Assembly: GCF_006345805.1 (NCBI RefSeq)
Contig: NC_043016.1
Coordinates: 9,734,001 to 9,798,000, forward strand
DNA: 64,000 bases
Reading direction: 5' to 3'
DNA from: Octopus sinensis
Lineage: Eukaryota
Below the pieces are notes generated by a model that saw nothing but the letters and a program-made list of their open reading frames with translations, had not been told where the DNA came from and made no database searches. Of this stretch, positions 23,302 to 37,342 are shown piece after piece. Both the position numbers and the translations under genes were made by a program. The first letter of the stretch is position 1. Each line of letters starts with the position of its first letter.

Positions 23302-23867
23302 TTGGGTTGTCCTGAAAATTTGTGCCGATTTATAGTAGTTTACCTTTCCACTCATTTTAGAACATGGTTGAGTCCATAAAATAGGATTTGACTACACCTC
23401 CATTTAGAGCACAGTTTAAGCTATCTTTTCGTGGAAGAAGGTTTATGTTCCTAGAACCTGTGTTAATTCTGTAACCCTATAAAATGGAAGATAAGAAAGT
23501 ACATTTTCAGCACTTGATGCTTTGGGAACCAGACAAAAATTGCTGCAGCTCAGCTGGGATGTGTTACCCCACCCTCCATATTCACCAGATATTGCTCCTT
23601 CGGATTCCCACTTATTCAGGTCTCTGCAGAATAGTCTTAATGGTAAAAATTTCAATTCCTTGGATGACATAAAAGGATACCTCGATGAATTCTTTGCCAT
23701 GAAACCACCTCAATTCTGGGAAGAGGGTATTTTCAAGTTAAAGGAAAGATGGAGACGCATTGTGCAACAAAATGGTTCATATTTGGTTGATTAAAAATGT
23801 AATGGCAAGTATTTATTGACCTTTTTCTTTCCTTTAAAAATCGGCACAAACTTTACGGACAGCCCAA
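23302..23867 (+). mobile_element. Internally deleted mariner
   Basis: About 30-bp TIRs (TTGGGTTGTCCTGAAAATTTGTGCCGATTT) and a left TA. N-terminal MEDKKVHFQHLML is fused to C-terminal LPHPPYSPDIAPSD-HLFRSLQ...RWRRIVQQNGSY. Confidence 0.92.
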
Positions 23868-23911
23868 ACATCTCAAGAAGCATCTAAACATCTACTGAGA
23901 GTTGTTATCTA

Positions 23912-24281
23912 TTATTGCCTCTGCCTTAGCAAAGGCAAAAGTATTGTTGTCAGTCATATTTGTTTATTTGTCTGTGGACAAGATATCTCAAGAGCCACAG
24001 ATGGGATTCGGATGAAACTTTCAGGGGTTTTTGGTCTTGTGACTGTCATGAACTGATTAGATTTTGGGATCGATCCAGTAATGGACAAGGATTCTGGATA
24101 ATTTTTTCTCTTTTTTACTTAATTTTTGAGAGCGATCAGGTTCATTTTTAGTATTCTCATATGTGAGAGCAGTCGAGTTTATTTCAGATATTCTCATTTT
24201 AAAGAATCATCTCTGGCTAATTGTTGAGAGGACGTTGGTGTTGCCTTGATGGAGGTTTGCACTCTCTGAGTGCTCTTGTTT
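23912..24281 (+). mobile_element. Helentron-associated (HINE/DINE-1-like) non-autonomous element
   Basis: 5' TTATTGCCTCTGCCTTAGCAAAGGC hairpin, 3' GGAGG subterminal repeat and GCACTCTCTGAGTGC stem-loop. A second copy is at 57196-57572. Confidence 0.75.
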
Positions 24282-24338
24282 TTCACTTTATTTCAAGAAT
24301 TAAATAACTTCAGCTATGGAATAAAACCGAAAACAGTA

Positions 24339-24519
24339 TACGATACACATCTTTCAGTTTCTGTCTACCAAATCCACTCACAAGGTTTTGGTTGGCCCGA
24401 GGCTATAGTAGAAGACACTTGCCCAAGGTGTCACACAGTGGGACTGAACCTGAAACCATGTGGTTGGTAAGCAAGTTACTTACTACACAACCACTCCTGC
24501 AGCTGTAAACACAACCACT

Positions 24520-24560
<41 letters not shown>

Positions 24561-26236
24561 TATGATCACATGACCGACAAGGCTATCAGATTTTGTTACA
24601 CATCATCTGATAGCCTATTGTGCTTTTGCATTGTCTTAGCCTTCAAATGACACCACCCAGCTGGCTAGGTGAGAAGACCAACATTATTCCCTGAAAGGGG
24701 GACTGGAGAAATTTGAAATGAAGTATTTTGCTCAAGAACACAACATGCTACCCAGTCGAGAAATCCATCTCATGGTCTGGCAATCGTGAGTGAAACAGAC
24801 TAACCACTAGGCTGGCGATATGCCATGCTTGAGAAGACCCGTCAAGCCAAGTGAAATCCTAATCATGACTGATGCTAGTGTGGTGAAACTGGCACTTGTG
24901 CCAGTGGCACATAAAAAGTACTCATTACACTCTTGGAGTGGTAGGTGTTAGGAAGGTCATCCAGCCATAGAAATCATGCCAAATTAGACTGGAACCTGGT
25001 GCAGCTCTCCAGCTTACCAGTGCCAATCAAAGCATCTAACCCATGCTAGCATGGAAAACAGACATTAAATGGGGATGATGATGATGATGATAATGATGAT
25101 GATATGTTGGTAAAATTTCAGCAAATCTTAGCATGCTGTATTTCATCTTTAATTTCATGCCAGGAAAAAGATCATACGGATAGATTTGAACTCAAAGTTC
25201 CTGTGAATAAAGTACAGTTGTTGCTTTACTGAGCCATGGATTGCAAGAAAAAATATGTATTAGTAATATAGGGGTTGGCATGGCTATATGGTTGAAAAGT
25301 TTGCTTTGTAACCATGCAGGAGGTGGGGTACCATCTTGGAGTGTTTAGCCAAACAAAACAACCTTTGTACTTTTTTTTTGGTTTGGTACTTACTCTATTG
25401 CCAAACTCTAAGTTATAGGGATGTAGACAAGCCAACACCAGTTGACAAGCAGAGGTGAGAGACAAACACAAGCACAATGATACACACACACACACATGTA
25501 TCATAATCATCCTCATCATCATCATCATCATCATTATCACCATGTAATGTCTGTTTTCCATGCTGGCATGGGTTAGATGGTTTGATTGGAACTGGTAAGC
25601 TGGAGAGCTGCACCAGGTTCCAGCCAAATTTGGCATGATTTCTACAGCTGGATGCCCTTCCTAACACCAACCATTCCAAGAGTGTAATGGGTACCTTTTA
25701 TGTGCCAGTTTCACCACACTAGCATCAGTCATGATTAGGATTTCACTTGGCTTGACGGGTCTTCTCAAGCATGGCATATCGCCAGCCTAGTGGTTAGTCT
25801 GTTTCACTCACAATTGCCAGACCATGAGATGGATTTCCCGACTGGGTAGCATGTTGTGTTCTTGAGCAAAATACTTCATTTCACATTGCTCCAGTCCCCC
25901 TTTCAGGGAATAATGTTGGTCTTCTCACCTAGCCAGCGGGGTGGTGTCATTTGAAGGCTAAAACAATGCAAAAGCACAATAGGCTATCAGATGATGTATA
26001 ACAACATCTGATAGCCTTGTCGGTCATGTGATCATGTGATATGTATATATATAGGAGTGGTTGTGTTTACAGCTGCAGGAGTAGCTGTGTAGTAAGTAAC
26101 TTGCTTACCAACCACATGGTTTCAGGTTCAGTCCCACTGTGTGACACCTTGGGCAAGTGTCTTCTACTATAGCCTCAGGCCGACCAGAACCTTGTGAGTG
26201 GATTTGGTAGACAGAAACTGAAAGATGTGTATCGTA
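24339..26236. repeat. Composite inverted duplication, arms 24339-25105 and 25495-26236
   Basis: Each arm contains a SINE A head, (TA)n, a SINE C-like element and an RTE 3' end, in mirrored order. Confidence 0.92.
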
Positions 26237-26246
26237 TATGTATGTA

Positions 26247-26301
<55 letters not shown>

Positions 26302-26312
26302 GTATGTGTGTA

Positions 26313-26349
<37 letters not shown>

Positions 26350-26560
26350 ATGTTTGTGTGTCTGCATTTGTCCCCCCATCATCGCTTGACAACCGATGTT
26401 GGTGTGTTTATGTACCCCGTAATTTAGCAGTTCAGCAAAAAGAAACTGATAGAATAAGTACTGGGCTTACAAAGAATAAGTCCTGGGGTCAATTTGTTCA
26501 ACTAAAGATGGTGCTCCAGCATGGCTGCAATCAAATGACTGAAACAAATAAAAGAATATA
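26053..26560 (+). mobile_element. SINE family A, full length
   Basis: Head, microsatellite and tail. Confidence 0.85.
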
Positions 26561-27004
26561 TATATATATATATATATCAAAAGGATGTGTTATAATATTA
26601 TTCCATAGCCATACCAACAATCTGACATACCTCCATCATCAGCTGCAACACAGATATCATTATAATCTCGACACCTGGGCAGTACCATTCAATCCGACAG
26701 TATCAACAGTACTAAAATAAGTGTTGCTTGGGAGCAAAGAAACCACAACTTTCAAACAGATTTACTTATATATATATATAAACAGATGAGTGTATTTTTA
26801 CCTTGTTAACAATTAACACGGAAAAAATAAATAAATAGTTACCAGGGCAGCAAAAATCTCACAAGTAAAGGTGTTGTAACTCCTTGTTTATAAAGGTAGA
26901 AACTTCATGTTTACGTTGAATATTTTGAATAATATGAATAAAAAAAATATTTGATTACACCTGCGTTAACTCCATTTTTTATTCAAAATACACCAATCCG
27001 ACCG

Positions 27005-27420
27005 TACGACAGGCACCCATGCCAACCCCCTTTGCTTGCGAAGACATGTTGGGGCAAGCGAAATCGAAATCGAATTGAACCAGCCAGGATCCCTGGTCTG
27101 GTGGTACGTAAAAAGCACTATCCGACTCATGGCCGATGCCAGCGCCGCCTCGACTGGCTTCCGTGCCGGTGGCACATAAAATGCACCAATCCGACCGTGG
27201 CTGTTGCCAGCCTCGCCTGGCACCTGTACAGGTGGCACGTAAAAAGCACCCACTACACTCACGGAGTGGTTGGCGTTAGGAAGGGCATCCAGCTGTAGAA
27301 ACATTGCCAGATAAGACTGGAGCCTGGTGCAGCCTTCTGGCTTCCCAGATCCCCAGTCGAACCATCCAACCCATGCTAGCATGGAGAACGGACGTTAGAC
27401 GATGATGATGATGATGATGA
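27005..27420 (+). mobile_element. RTE LINE 3' end
   Basis: UTR modules and a (GAT)n tail. Confidence 0.85.
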
Positions 27421-27809
27421 TATATATATATGTCGGTAGGTTTCCATAACACAGTTTCCATCTCTCAAATTCACTCACAGGCCTTTAGTTGGTACAGGGC
27501 TACAGTTGAAGATACTTGCTGAAGATACCATGCAGTGGAACTAAACTGAAATTGCATTGCTGCACATTGAGCTTCTTCACTGCATAACCATGGCTGTGGT
27601 TGCATTGTTGTTCTTCAGGAAGGTCTGGAATTCAAGTTATCGGTTTCATTTAGATTGCTTCTTGTTAGAGTGTTTATCAGGTCAGCTGATAATGAAATTC
27701 GACTAATTAGTTGAACACGCAACAAGTTTGTTAATTGCATGATCAACCTATATAGGAAGTAATAGAAATGGGTCCAGTTACAGGAAGCTGAATATGTTAT
27801 ACCATGTGC

Positions 27810-28240
27810 TCCTACTCTTTACTACTTTTACTTGTTTTCAGTCATTTGACTGCGGCCATGCTGGAGCACCGCCTTTAATTGAGCAAATCGACCTCCGTAC
27901 TTATTCTTTGTAAGCCCAGTACTTATTCTATCGTTCCTCTTTTGCCGATCCGTTAAGTGACGGGGACGTAAACCAAACACCAGCATCGGTTGTCAAGCAA
28001 TGCTAGGGGGACAAACACAGACACACAAACACACACACACACACCATACATATATATATATATATATATATACATATATACAACACGGCTTCTTTCAGTT
28101 TCCGTCTACCAAATCCACTCACAAGGCATTGGTCGGCCCGGGGCTATAGCAGAAGACACTTGCCCAAGATGCCACGCAGTGGGACTGAACCCGGAACCAT
28201 GTGGTTGGTTAGCAAGCTACTTACCACACAGCCACTCCTA
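27810..28240 (-). mobile_element. SINE family A
   Basis: Full-length match. Confidence 0.85.
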
Positions 28241-28479
28241 CTTGCACCTTTGTTAAAGAAGTGGTTAAGCATTTGTGGAGAGTAATCCTTCCCGACAATT
28301 AGTGGTGGATATCTTCCTTGTAAAAGCTGTTAGAATGGAAATTATAGAATACAACAGCAAATTTATGAGAAAGAACACCAGATTAAAAGGGAAGTTAATC
28401 AGTAGATTATAAAAAGTAATACAAAACAAAACAGATGACTTTGATGCCAAATTGTGACAATTTTTATAAAGAGAAATAA

Positions 28480-28885
28480 TATTTCTTTGTTTCATTCTCA
28501 CTTTATTTCATTTTCGCTTTCGTTCATTCTTGTTTTCTTTCATTCTTTTGACCTTTCTTTCATTCTTTTGTCCTTACTTTCTTTCTTTCTTTCTTTCATG
28601 CTTTTGTTCTTTCTTTCATTCTTTTGTTCTTTCTTTCATTCTTCCGTTCTTTGTCCTTTCACTCTTTCATTCATACTTTCTTTCATTCTTTTTTCAAACT
28701 TTCATTCTTTTATCTTTTCAGTCTTTCATTCTTTCTTTCTTTATTTACATTATTTACATTTGACAGATATTTGTCCTCATCTTGGTTGTTGTTAACATAG
28801 CGTCTTAGCTGATATACCCTCCAGCCTTCATCAGGTGTCTTGGGGAAATTTCAAACCTGGGTTCTCGTTCCTAAGCTATTTTTTA

Positions 28886-28936
<51 letters not shown>

Positions 28937-30170
28937 TGTCACTGCTTGGAATTGAACTCGGAATGTTGGGGTTAGTAGCCTGCACTCTTAATCACTATGA
29001 CATATGCCCATGGGTATATGGCAGAGTGGTTTCTTTTGTTCTTTCTTTCATTCTTTTGCCATTTCATTCATTCATGCTTTCATTCTTTCATTGTTTCTTT
29101 CATTCTTTCATTCTTTCATTCATTCATTCTTTCTTTCATTCTTTCATTCTTTCATTCATTCTTTCTTTCTTTCATTCTTTCGATCTTTTGTCCTTTTATT
29201 CTTTTATCTTTCAGTCTTTCTTTCTTTCCTTCTTTTGTCTTTCTTTCATTCTTTTGTCCTTTCATTCATTCATTTATTCTTTCTTTCTTTCATTCTTTTG
29301 TTCTTTCTTTCATTCTTTTGCCATTTCATTCATTCATGCTTTCATTCTTTTATTCTTTCTTTCATTCATTCATTCTTTCATTCATTCTTTCTTTCTTTCA
29401 TTCTTTCGATCTTTTGTCCTTTCATTCTTTTATCTTTCAGTCTTTCTTTCTTTCCTTCTTTTGTCTTTCTTTCATTCTTTTGTCCTTTCATTCATTCATT
29501 TATTCTTTCTTTCTTTCATTCTTTTGTTCTTTCTTTCATTCTTTTGCCATTTCATTCATTCATGCTTTCATTCTTTTATTCTTTCTTTCATTCTTTCATT
29601 CTTTCATTCATTCATTCTTTCATTCATTCTTTCTTTCTTTCATTCTTTCGATCTTTTGTCCTTTCATTCTTTTATCTTTCAGTCTTTCTTTCTTTCCTTC
29701 TTTTGTCTTTCTTTCATTCTTTTGTCCTTTCATTCATTCATTTATTCTTTCTTTCTTTCATTCTTTTGTTCTTCCATTCTTTTGTTTTTTGTTTCATTCT
29801 TTTGTTCTTTTTTCATTCTTTTGTCCTTTCATTCTTTCATTCATTCTTTCGTTCTCTCTTTCATTCTTTGTCATTCTTTCTTTTATTGTTTCGTTCTTTC
29901 TTTCATTTTCTTCTTTTTTGTTTCATTCTATCGCTCTTTCTTTCATTCTTTTCTTTTTTGTTTCACTCTTTCGTTCTTTCATTCTTTTGTCTTTTCATTC
30001 TTTCATTTATTCTTTTGTTCCTTCTTTCATTCATTCTTTCATACTTTTGTTCTTTCTTTCATTCTTTCTTTCTTTCATTCTTTTGTCCTTTCATTCATTC
30101 TTTCAATTTTTTGTTCTTTCTTTCATTTTTCGTTCTTTCTTTCTATCATTCTTTCCTTTTCGAAATTCAT
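28480..30170. repeat. (TTTC)/(ATTC) low-complexity array with higher-order repeats
   Basis: Direct reading. The array is interrupted by a family H SINE. Confidence 0.95.
28741..28999 (-). mobile_element. Hammerhead-bearing tRNA SINE (family H)
   Basis: tRNA-like head, (AAT)n, then GACAC-CTGATGA-A-GGCTG...CAGCT-AAGAC-GCT-ATGTT, a decayed hammerhead at 28794-28839. Confidence 0.8.
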
Positions 30171-30534
30171 TGCATGCATGAATGTGAACGATTTCATTTC
30201 ATGCTTGCATTCTTGTACATTTATGTTTGGCTAAGTGGTTAAGAAATTTGCTTCTCAAGTATATCAATTTCAGGTTCAGTCCCCCTGCATGGTACCTTGG
30301 TCAAGTGTCTTCTACTATAGCACCAAGCCAACAAATGCTTTGTCAGTGAATTTAGTAGACAGAAACTTGACGTAAGCCTGTCATATGTGCGCATGAATGT
30401 GTATGAGTATGTATGTGTGCCTATTTGTTTTCCACTATAATCTCATAATCAGCATTGATTTGTTTATGTTTTTGCAACTTACCAGTTCCAAAAAAGAACC
30501 TGATAGAACTTCTGCTGATTAATAATACATATAC

Positions 30535-30890
30535 ATTGAAATCGAATTAAACCAGCCAGGATCCCTGGTCTGGTGGTATGTAAAAAGCACTATCCGACTC
30601 GTGGCCGATGCCAGCCCGCCTCGACTGGCTTCCGTGCCGGTGGCACATAAAATACACCAATCCGACCATGGCGTTGCCGCAGCGCCTGGCACCTGTGCAG
30701 GTGGCACGTAAAAAGCAACCGCTACACTCACGGAGTGGTTGGCGTTAGGAAGGGCATCCAGCTGTAGAAACATTGCCAGATAAGACTGGAGCCTGGTGCA
30801 GCCTTCTGGCTTCACAGATCCCCGGTCGAACCGTCCAACCCATGCTAGCATGGAGAACGGACGTTAAATGATGATGATGATGATGATGAT
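30535..30890 (+). mobile_element. RTE LINE 3' end
   Basis: UTR modules and a (GAT)n tail. Confidence 0.85.
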
Positions 30891-30891
30891 A

Positions 30892-31657
30892 CAGTAATCC
30901 CTCAACTATTGCAGGTGTTATGTTACAAAACACACTGCAATAGGTGAAAATCTGCGAAGTAGAAATGGCACTGTACTGTATATTTAAAAAAATTATTTTT
31001 ATAATTTGTTTTTATTTCATTTTATTATAAATGCAAAACGACACCACACACCCACCTCCTGAGTTTCTTTTCTCATACAGTATGTGTGATTCTTTGTTTA
31101 TTCATCTATGGTACACCTATTTTCTTTTAATATATTTTAATTAACGTGTTATACAGTGCTGTATAGTACTGTGGGGTAGAAAGGGCTCCTTAGCCGTATT
31201 GAAGGCAATCTATCTAGGGAGATAACCTTACAATAAATTACTCGGTCCGTAGCTTAGAAATACTGGGTTGACGTCCAGCGGGAACAGCTTTGTTTCATGG
31301 AGGAGGAAAGATCTTCTTTAGTACTTGGTTGTACAATGCTTTCCAATGTGTGTAGTAGCGGCGCGTGCACACATTATTAGCCATTTGAAAAGACTATAAG
31401 TCTCGACCACGGTCGAACAATGATGATCAATGATGATAGTACTGTATTTTTATTTATTAATTTATTAATTTTCAGGTGTGAAAATGCTTATTTTACCATA
31501 GAAATAATTAAAATTGAAAAAAATATAAATACCTATTGGCTGTAGAAATCCACTTTACACTGAGGAGTCTGTATATAAATTTACATATATTATCCAGAAA
31601 AATCCACGATGTACTGAGGGTGCGATAGGTGAACCGTGATATGACAAATGATTGCTG
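30892..31657. mobile_element. pogo/Tigger-like non-autonomous transposon
   Basis: TA-CAGTAATCCCTC... and ...GATTGCTG-TA, i.e. degenerate TIRs. Confidence 0.55.
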
Positions 31658-31789
31658 TATAAAGTATTCAGGTTAAATTTGACAATTTGCATTAAAAAAA
31701 GCACAATAGCCATTCCAAAAATAAAATTATTTTAAGATATCAAAAAATATCAACTAGATTATGGCTGGGAAATAACAGTTTACTCAAAG

Positions 31790-32260
31790 TAGTTGCCCTC
31801 AGCTTCTGCTTATAGCCTCAAAATAGTTCTGGAATATGGTGTATGTATCCCTTACTGCCTCCCTGGGAAGATCTTTGAATATTTCCTTGATCATGGTCAT
31901 TAGCTCAGCCTTGGTGTTAAAGGTAGAGTGGTTGATGTCTTTCTCAACTGCACCCCACACATAGTAAATCCATGTGGGAATACAATTGGAGAAATTAAGA
32001 AGCAGAAATTGAGGCTGATGAAGTTGATGAAATTCTTTGACAACAATTTCTGACTCTTTCCTGCAGTATGGCAAGGATCCAAATCCTGCTGCCAAATATA
32101 TGGCCCTCCAGCAGCAACCTCTCCAGCCAGGGTTTCACAGCAGCCTCCAGCAGCATCACATACTGTCTGAATATAAATGTTTATGCTCTCCAAACCATTG
32201 ACTGTTCACCAATACATCAAGTAGTTCCTGCCAAAAAAGGAGACACAAAACTCATCAAAT
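31790..32260 (-). pseudogene. Tc1/mariner transposase fragment (similar to 15523-16760)
   Basis: GPYIWQQDLDPCHTA, YYVWGAVEKD, NTKAEL. Confidence 0.75.
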
Positions 32261-32286
32261 TTAGCTCAAAAAACCTTGTGTGTATA

Positions 32287-32332
<46 letters not shown>

Positions 32333-32338
32333 ATATAT

Positions 32339-32393
<55 letters not shown>

Positions 32394-32419
32394 TATATAT
32401 ATATGTATTTATATATAAT

Positions 32420-32829
32420 AGGCACAGGAGTGGCTGTGTGTGGTAAGTAGCTTGCTAACCAACCACATGGTTCCGGGTTCAGTCCCACTGCGTGGCATCT
32501 TGGGCAAGGGTCTTCTGCTATAGCCTCGGGCCGACCAAAGCCTTGTGAGTGGATTTGGTAGACGGAAACTGAAAGAAGCCTGTCGTATATATGTATATAT
32601 ATATATATATGTATGTGTGTGTATATGTTTGTGTGTCTGTGTTTGTCCCCCTAGCATTGCTTGACAACTGATGCTGGTGTGTTTACATCCCCGTCACTTA
32701 GCGGTTCAGCAAAAAGAGACCGATAGAATAAGTACTAGGCTTACAAAGAATATGTCCCGGGGTCGATGTGCTCGACTAAAGGCGGTGCTCCAGCATGGCC
32801 ACAGTCAAATGACTGAAACAAGTAAAAGA

Positions 32830-32830
<1 letters not shown>
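32420..32830 (+). mobile_element. SINE family A
   Basis: Full-length match, between (TA)n tracts. Confidence 0.87.
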
Positions 32831-32896
<66 letters not shown>

Positions 32897-33084
32897 TCAA
32901 AATAAGCAACAGGATATCTAGAGGTGATGCAGTGTGACCATTTCAAGTGGCTCCATTTAATTGATTTAATTAATTTATTTTGATTTTTACACCTTTTTTG
33001 AGGTTGTATGGATAATATTGCACTAATCCTTGGTGCTTCAACTTAAGTACCTAATTTAACTGAATCTCAGTTATACATACACAC

Positions 33085-33228
33085 ATGTATATATGATATA
33101 TATATATATATATATACTATATATGTATGTATGTATGTATGTATGTAGTATGTATGTATGTATGTATGTATGTACGTATGTATGTATGTACATATGTATG
33201 TACGTATGTATGTACGTACGTACGTACG

Positions 33229-33267
<39 letters not shown>

Positions 33268-33538
33268 TATATAATATATATATACGTATGTATATATATA
33301 TATATATAGTATGTAGTATGTATGATGTATGTATGTATGTATGTATGTACGTATGTATGTATGTACGTATGTATGTACGTACGTACGTACGTACGTATGT
33401 CTGTATGTACGTATGTATGTACGTATGTATCTATATGATAGTATGTATGTATGTATGTATATGTGTGTGTATATATATGTGTGTGTGTGTATATGTGTGT
33501 GTGTATGTGTGTGTGTGTGTTGTATATATATATATATC
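33085..33538. repeat. (TA)/(TATG)/(TACG)/(TG) compound microsatellite
   Basis: Direct reading. Confidence 0.95.
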
Positions 33539-33915
33539 AGTTTTATTTGGATATTAACTTTAAAGTTTACTTTTTATGCTTATCAATTGGTACAAATAAT
33601 CAGAGTTTGATTTTTCACAAATCATATTTCTGAAACTCCATAATATCTGTAAAATTGATATAATTATTAAGAAGGAGTGAAGAGTAAGCAAATTGTTTTA
33701 TTACATAAATTTACAATTGTTTCAGTCACATGTGAACTCAAGCGCACTACTATATTATTATTAATATTATTCTATGTTTGACTTTTGCTTTATATTTGTA
33801 CAAGTTGACTCCAAGTCTCACCCAGAGACCTCAAGAGATAACAGGTTGGAAGTTCATGTTGTTGTTATGCCTAGTGTGCCATATATTTGGTTTTGTATTT
33901 AGTGTTGTACTAGTA

Positions 33916-33961
<46 letters not shown>

Positions 33962-34094
33962 TTTCTTCAAATTTTCTTCCATTTCTCGCTGAATATTTTC
34001 TGTACACCTAGGGAAGAGGAGCTCATTGTATGCATTCCCAGATTACACATGCAAATTCACAGGTAAAATATGTATTTAAAAAAAAATTAATAAA

Positions 34095-34435
34095 TAAATA
34101 AATTCATGAATGGATGTTGTTTTCACAGCGATAATGCTCTTCTCAGTAAATGAGTCATTCCAGTTAACATGATTTTTTGCACTTCCTGTAGGGATGGTAA
34201 GACTGGTATCATTTTCAGATAGGTTTCAGTCCTAGAGATCCTACAATCACTGGTACTGTAGATGCCTTGAGATGCCAGGTTTTTTCAATTTCTATTAGCA
34301 AGTCTTTATATTTACTGATCTTGTCAAATTCTTTTGTAGCTATATTGTGATCGCAAGGAATACTCATGTCAATTAATAAACACACCTTTTTTTGACTGAT
34401 CTTTTATAATAATATCTGGTTTATTAGCTGCCTTA
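34095..34435 (-). pseudogene. R4/Dong-type restriction-like endonuclease fragment
   Basis: ANKPDIIIKD...CLLIDMSIPCDHNIATKEFDKISKYKDL...TVPVIVGSLG, abutting an AAT tract. Confidence 0.85.
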
Positions 34436-34509
34436 GATGATAATAATAATAATAATAATAATAAAAATAATAATAATAAACCGGATATTATTATTATTAT
34501 TAATAGTAA

Positions 34510-34569
<60 letters not shown>

Positions 34570-34800
34570 CTAAGGCAGTGACCTGGCAGAATTGTTAGCA
34601 TGGCAGGCAAAATACTTCATGGCATTTAGTTCATCTGTATGTTCTGAGTTCAAATTCTGCCGAGGTCGACTTTGCCTTTCATCCTTTCGGTGTTGATAAA
34701 TTAAGTATCAATTGTGTACTGGAATCGAACTAATTGGCCCCCTCCCACCAAAATCTCAGGCCTTGTGCCTATAATAAAAAAGATTATTATTATTATTATT
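34570..34800 (+). mobile_element. SINE family B (ATT-tailed)
   Basis: Head, central domain and tail, within (ATT)n. Confidence 0.8.
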
Positions 34801-35619
34801 ATATGATATATGCATCTATACACTCAAGATGCATCATTATATCAATGCATTCAAATTTCAGTTCAAAATTTATGTCTGAGATGTCTGTTGTATAAAAGAT
34901 TAATTAAAAACACAAACTATTATCTAACCATAAAATTTATGCATATTCTGGGAACAGAAAATGATATTATCTTCTGACTTATTCCATTATTCTATGTTCA
35001 TGCTTTCGTCTCTTATCATTTGCACTGAATAGGGTGAGGTGAAATTGTGATTTATTCTGCATTTGTTATTTTTTATTTCTTCATTTTACTAATGATATGC
35101 AAATGTATTCATATAACCATATTGGCTACTGGTATAAGTTCATGATAAATTCATGATAAATTCATGATAATTCCAGAATTCTGCAGCAAATGTTTATATA
35201 CAAGATTCTGATGAGCTGGCATATATTGATATAATGATACACCTTGAGTCTATAGTCGCATATACCATATAATAATCTAGCAATACTCTTGAATATGAAT
35301 GCCAGAGAAGCAACTGGAAATTAATGTAATATGGGTGAGACAGTTTGACTGGAACTGGTAAACCAGATAGCTGCACCAGGCTCCAGTTCTATGTTTTGGC
35401 ATAGCTTCTATGGCTGAATGTCCTTCACAATACCAACCGCTTTACAGAGTGTACTAGGTGCTTTTTATGTGACACCAGCATGGGGCCGTTTCATATGGCA
35501 CCAGATAAATAAATCAAAACAGGAAAATGGAAAATTTTGTGATATTATTTATTTACCTTTACACATGTTTCATATGCTAATAGGAGTTACAAAAGTGTAG
35601 CTGTAGAAGCAAATAAAGT

Positions 35620-36105
35620 GAGTCCACAGCTGTAACCTACACCAGTGTCGCATAACCAGCCCACTCAAAAGTACCTTGGATTGTAGGGCGACATGCTGTG
35701 CTTGAGGAAACCTATTGAGTCAAGTACATCAACATCAGCAATATCAAAATCAAATCAAATGGAAATTGTAGTAGTGACCCCCATGCCGGTAGCATGTAAA
35801 AAGCACCATCTGAACATGGCCAGTGCCAGTGCCACTTTGACTGGTTTCTGTGCCGGTAGCACATAAAAAGCACAATCCAATCATGATCGATGCCAGCTCC
35901 TCTGGCCCCTGTGCTAGTGGCACGTAAAAAGCAACCACTTCACTCTCAGAGTGGTTGCTGTTAGGAAGGGCATCCAGCAGTAGAAACTCTGCCAGATCAG
36001 ATTGGAGCCTGGTGCAGCCTCCTGGCTTCCCAAACTCCCGTTGAACCGTCCAACCCATGCCAGCATGGAAAACGGATGTTAAACGATGATGATGATGATG
36101 ATGGA
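35620..36105 (+). mobile_element. RTE LINE 3' UTR, related subfamily
   Basis: AAAAAGCAC modules and a (GAT)n tail. Confidence 0.8.
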
Positions 36106-36107
36106 TA

Positions 36108-36142
<35 letters not shown>

Positions 36143-36145
<3 letters not shown>

Positions 36146-36555
36146 TGCAGGAGTGGCTGTGTGGTAAGTAGATTGCTTACCAACCACATGGTTCCGGGTT
36201 CAGTCCCACTGCGTGACATCTTAGGCAAGTGCCTTCTGCTATAGCCCCGGGCCGACCAATGCCTTGTGAGTAGATTTGGTAGACGGAAACTGAAAGAAGC
36301 CTGTCGTTTATATGTATATATATATACATGTATGTGTGTGTATATGTTTGTGTGTCTGTGTTTGTCCCCTAGCATTGCTTGACAACCGATGCTGGTGTGT
36401 TTACGTCCCTGTCACTTAGTGGTTCGGCAAAAGAGACTGATAGAATAAGTACTGGGCTTACAAAGAATAAGTCCCGGGGTCGATTTGCTCGACTAAAGGC
36501 GGTGCTCCAGCATGGCTGCAGTCAAATGACTGAAACAAGTAAAAGAGTAAAGAGA
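36143..36555 (+). mobile_element. SINE family A
   Basis: Full-length match. Confidence 0.87.
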
Positions 36556-36557
36556 GA

Positions 36558-36588
<31 letters not shown>

Positions 36589-37141
36589 GAGAGAGAGAGA
36601 GAGAGAAGAAGTGTATTGCCATTCAGGAAAGAATATAAGAGAATTAGTTTTGGTGTCTGAAATTGCACCTGAATCTCAAACGCAGTCGTTTTTAAACTTA
36701 TTCAAATACCAAACCAGTTTTGACAATTTTTTGCTCATCAATGGTGAATAAAATAATAAATATTGGGATTTGTACAGTTTAAAGTTACATGATAAAGTTC
36801 AGAAAAACATGTTTAAATGATCAAATGTTCACAGAAATTTCAATGAGTTTCACAGAGAGAGACAGTAATATAAGTTTAAAATGTTCATTGAAGATCATAA
36901 CAAATACACATGATTGGAAATTCAGTTATACTGAATTTTTTTTTTTAAAAAGGGCAGAAAGAGAAAAAGATAAAGATAAAGAAAAAATGTTTTTTTTTTT
37001 ACAATTTCTGTCATGGTGTATGAAGGAGTTCTTCCTCAAGTTCAGTCATAATACATGAGTCCATTCTTGTTGGTCGCTTGTTAGAGTTTGAAATGTTATA
37101 AGTAAAAAATTGTTTGGTATGTATATATATATATATATATA

Positions 37142-37311
37142 TACATTTGACGGATATTTGTCCTCATCTTGTTTGTTGTTAACACAATGTTTCAGCTGAT
37201 ATACCCTCCAGCCTTCATCAGGTGTTTTGGGGGAAATTTCGAACCTGGGTTCTCATTCCTAATGTATTTTTCAATGTTATTATTATTAACATTAATATAA
37301 TAATAATAATA

Positions 37312-37342
<31 letters not shown>

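Noticed and set aside
28840-30242. ORFs of 394-464 aa rich in F/S/L/H
   Set aside because: They are translations of (TTTC)/(ATTC) repeats.
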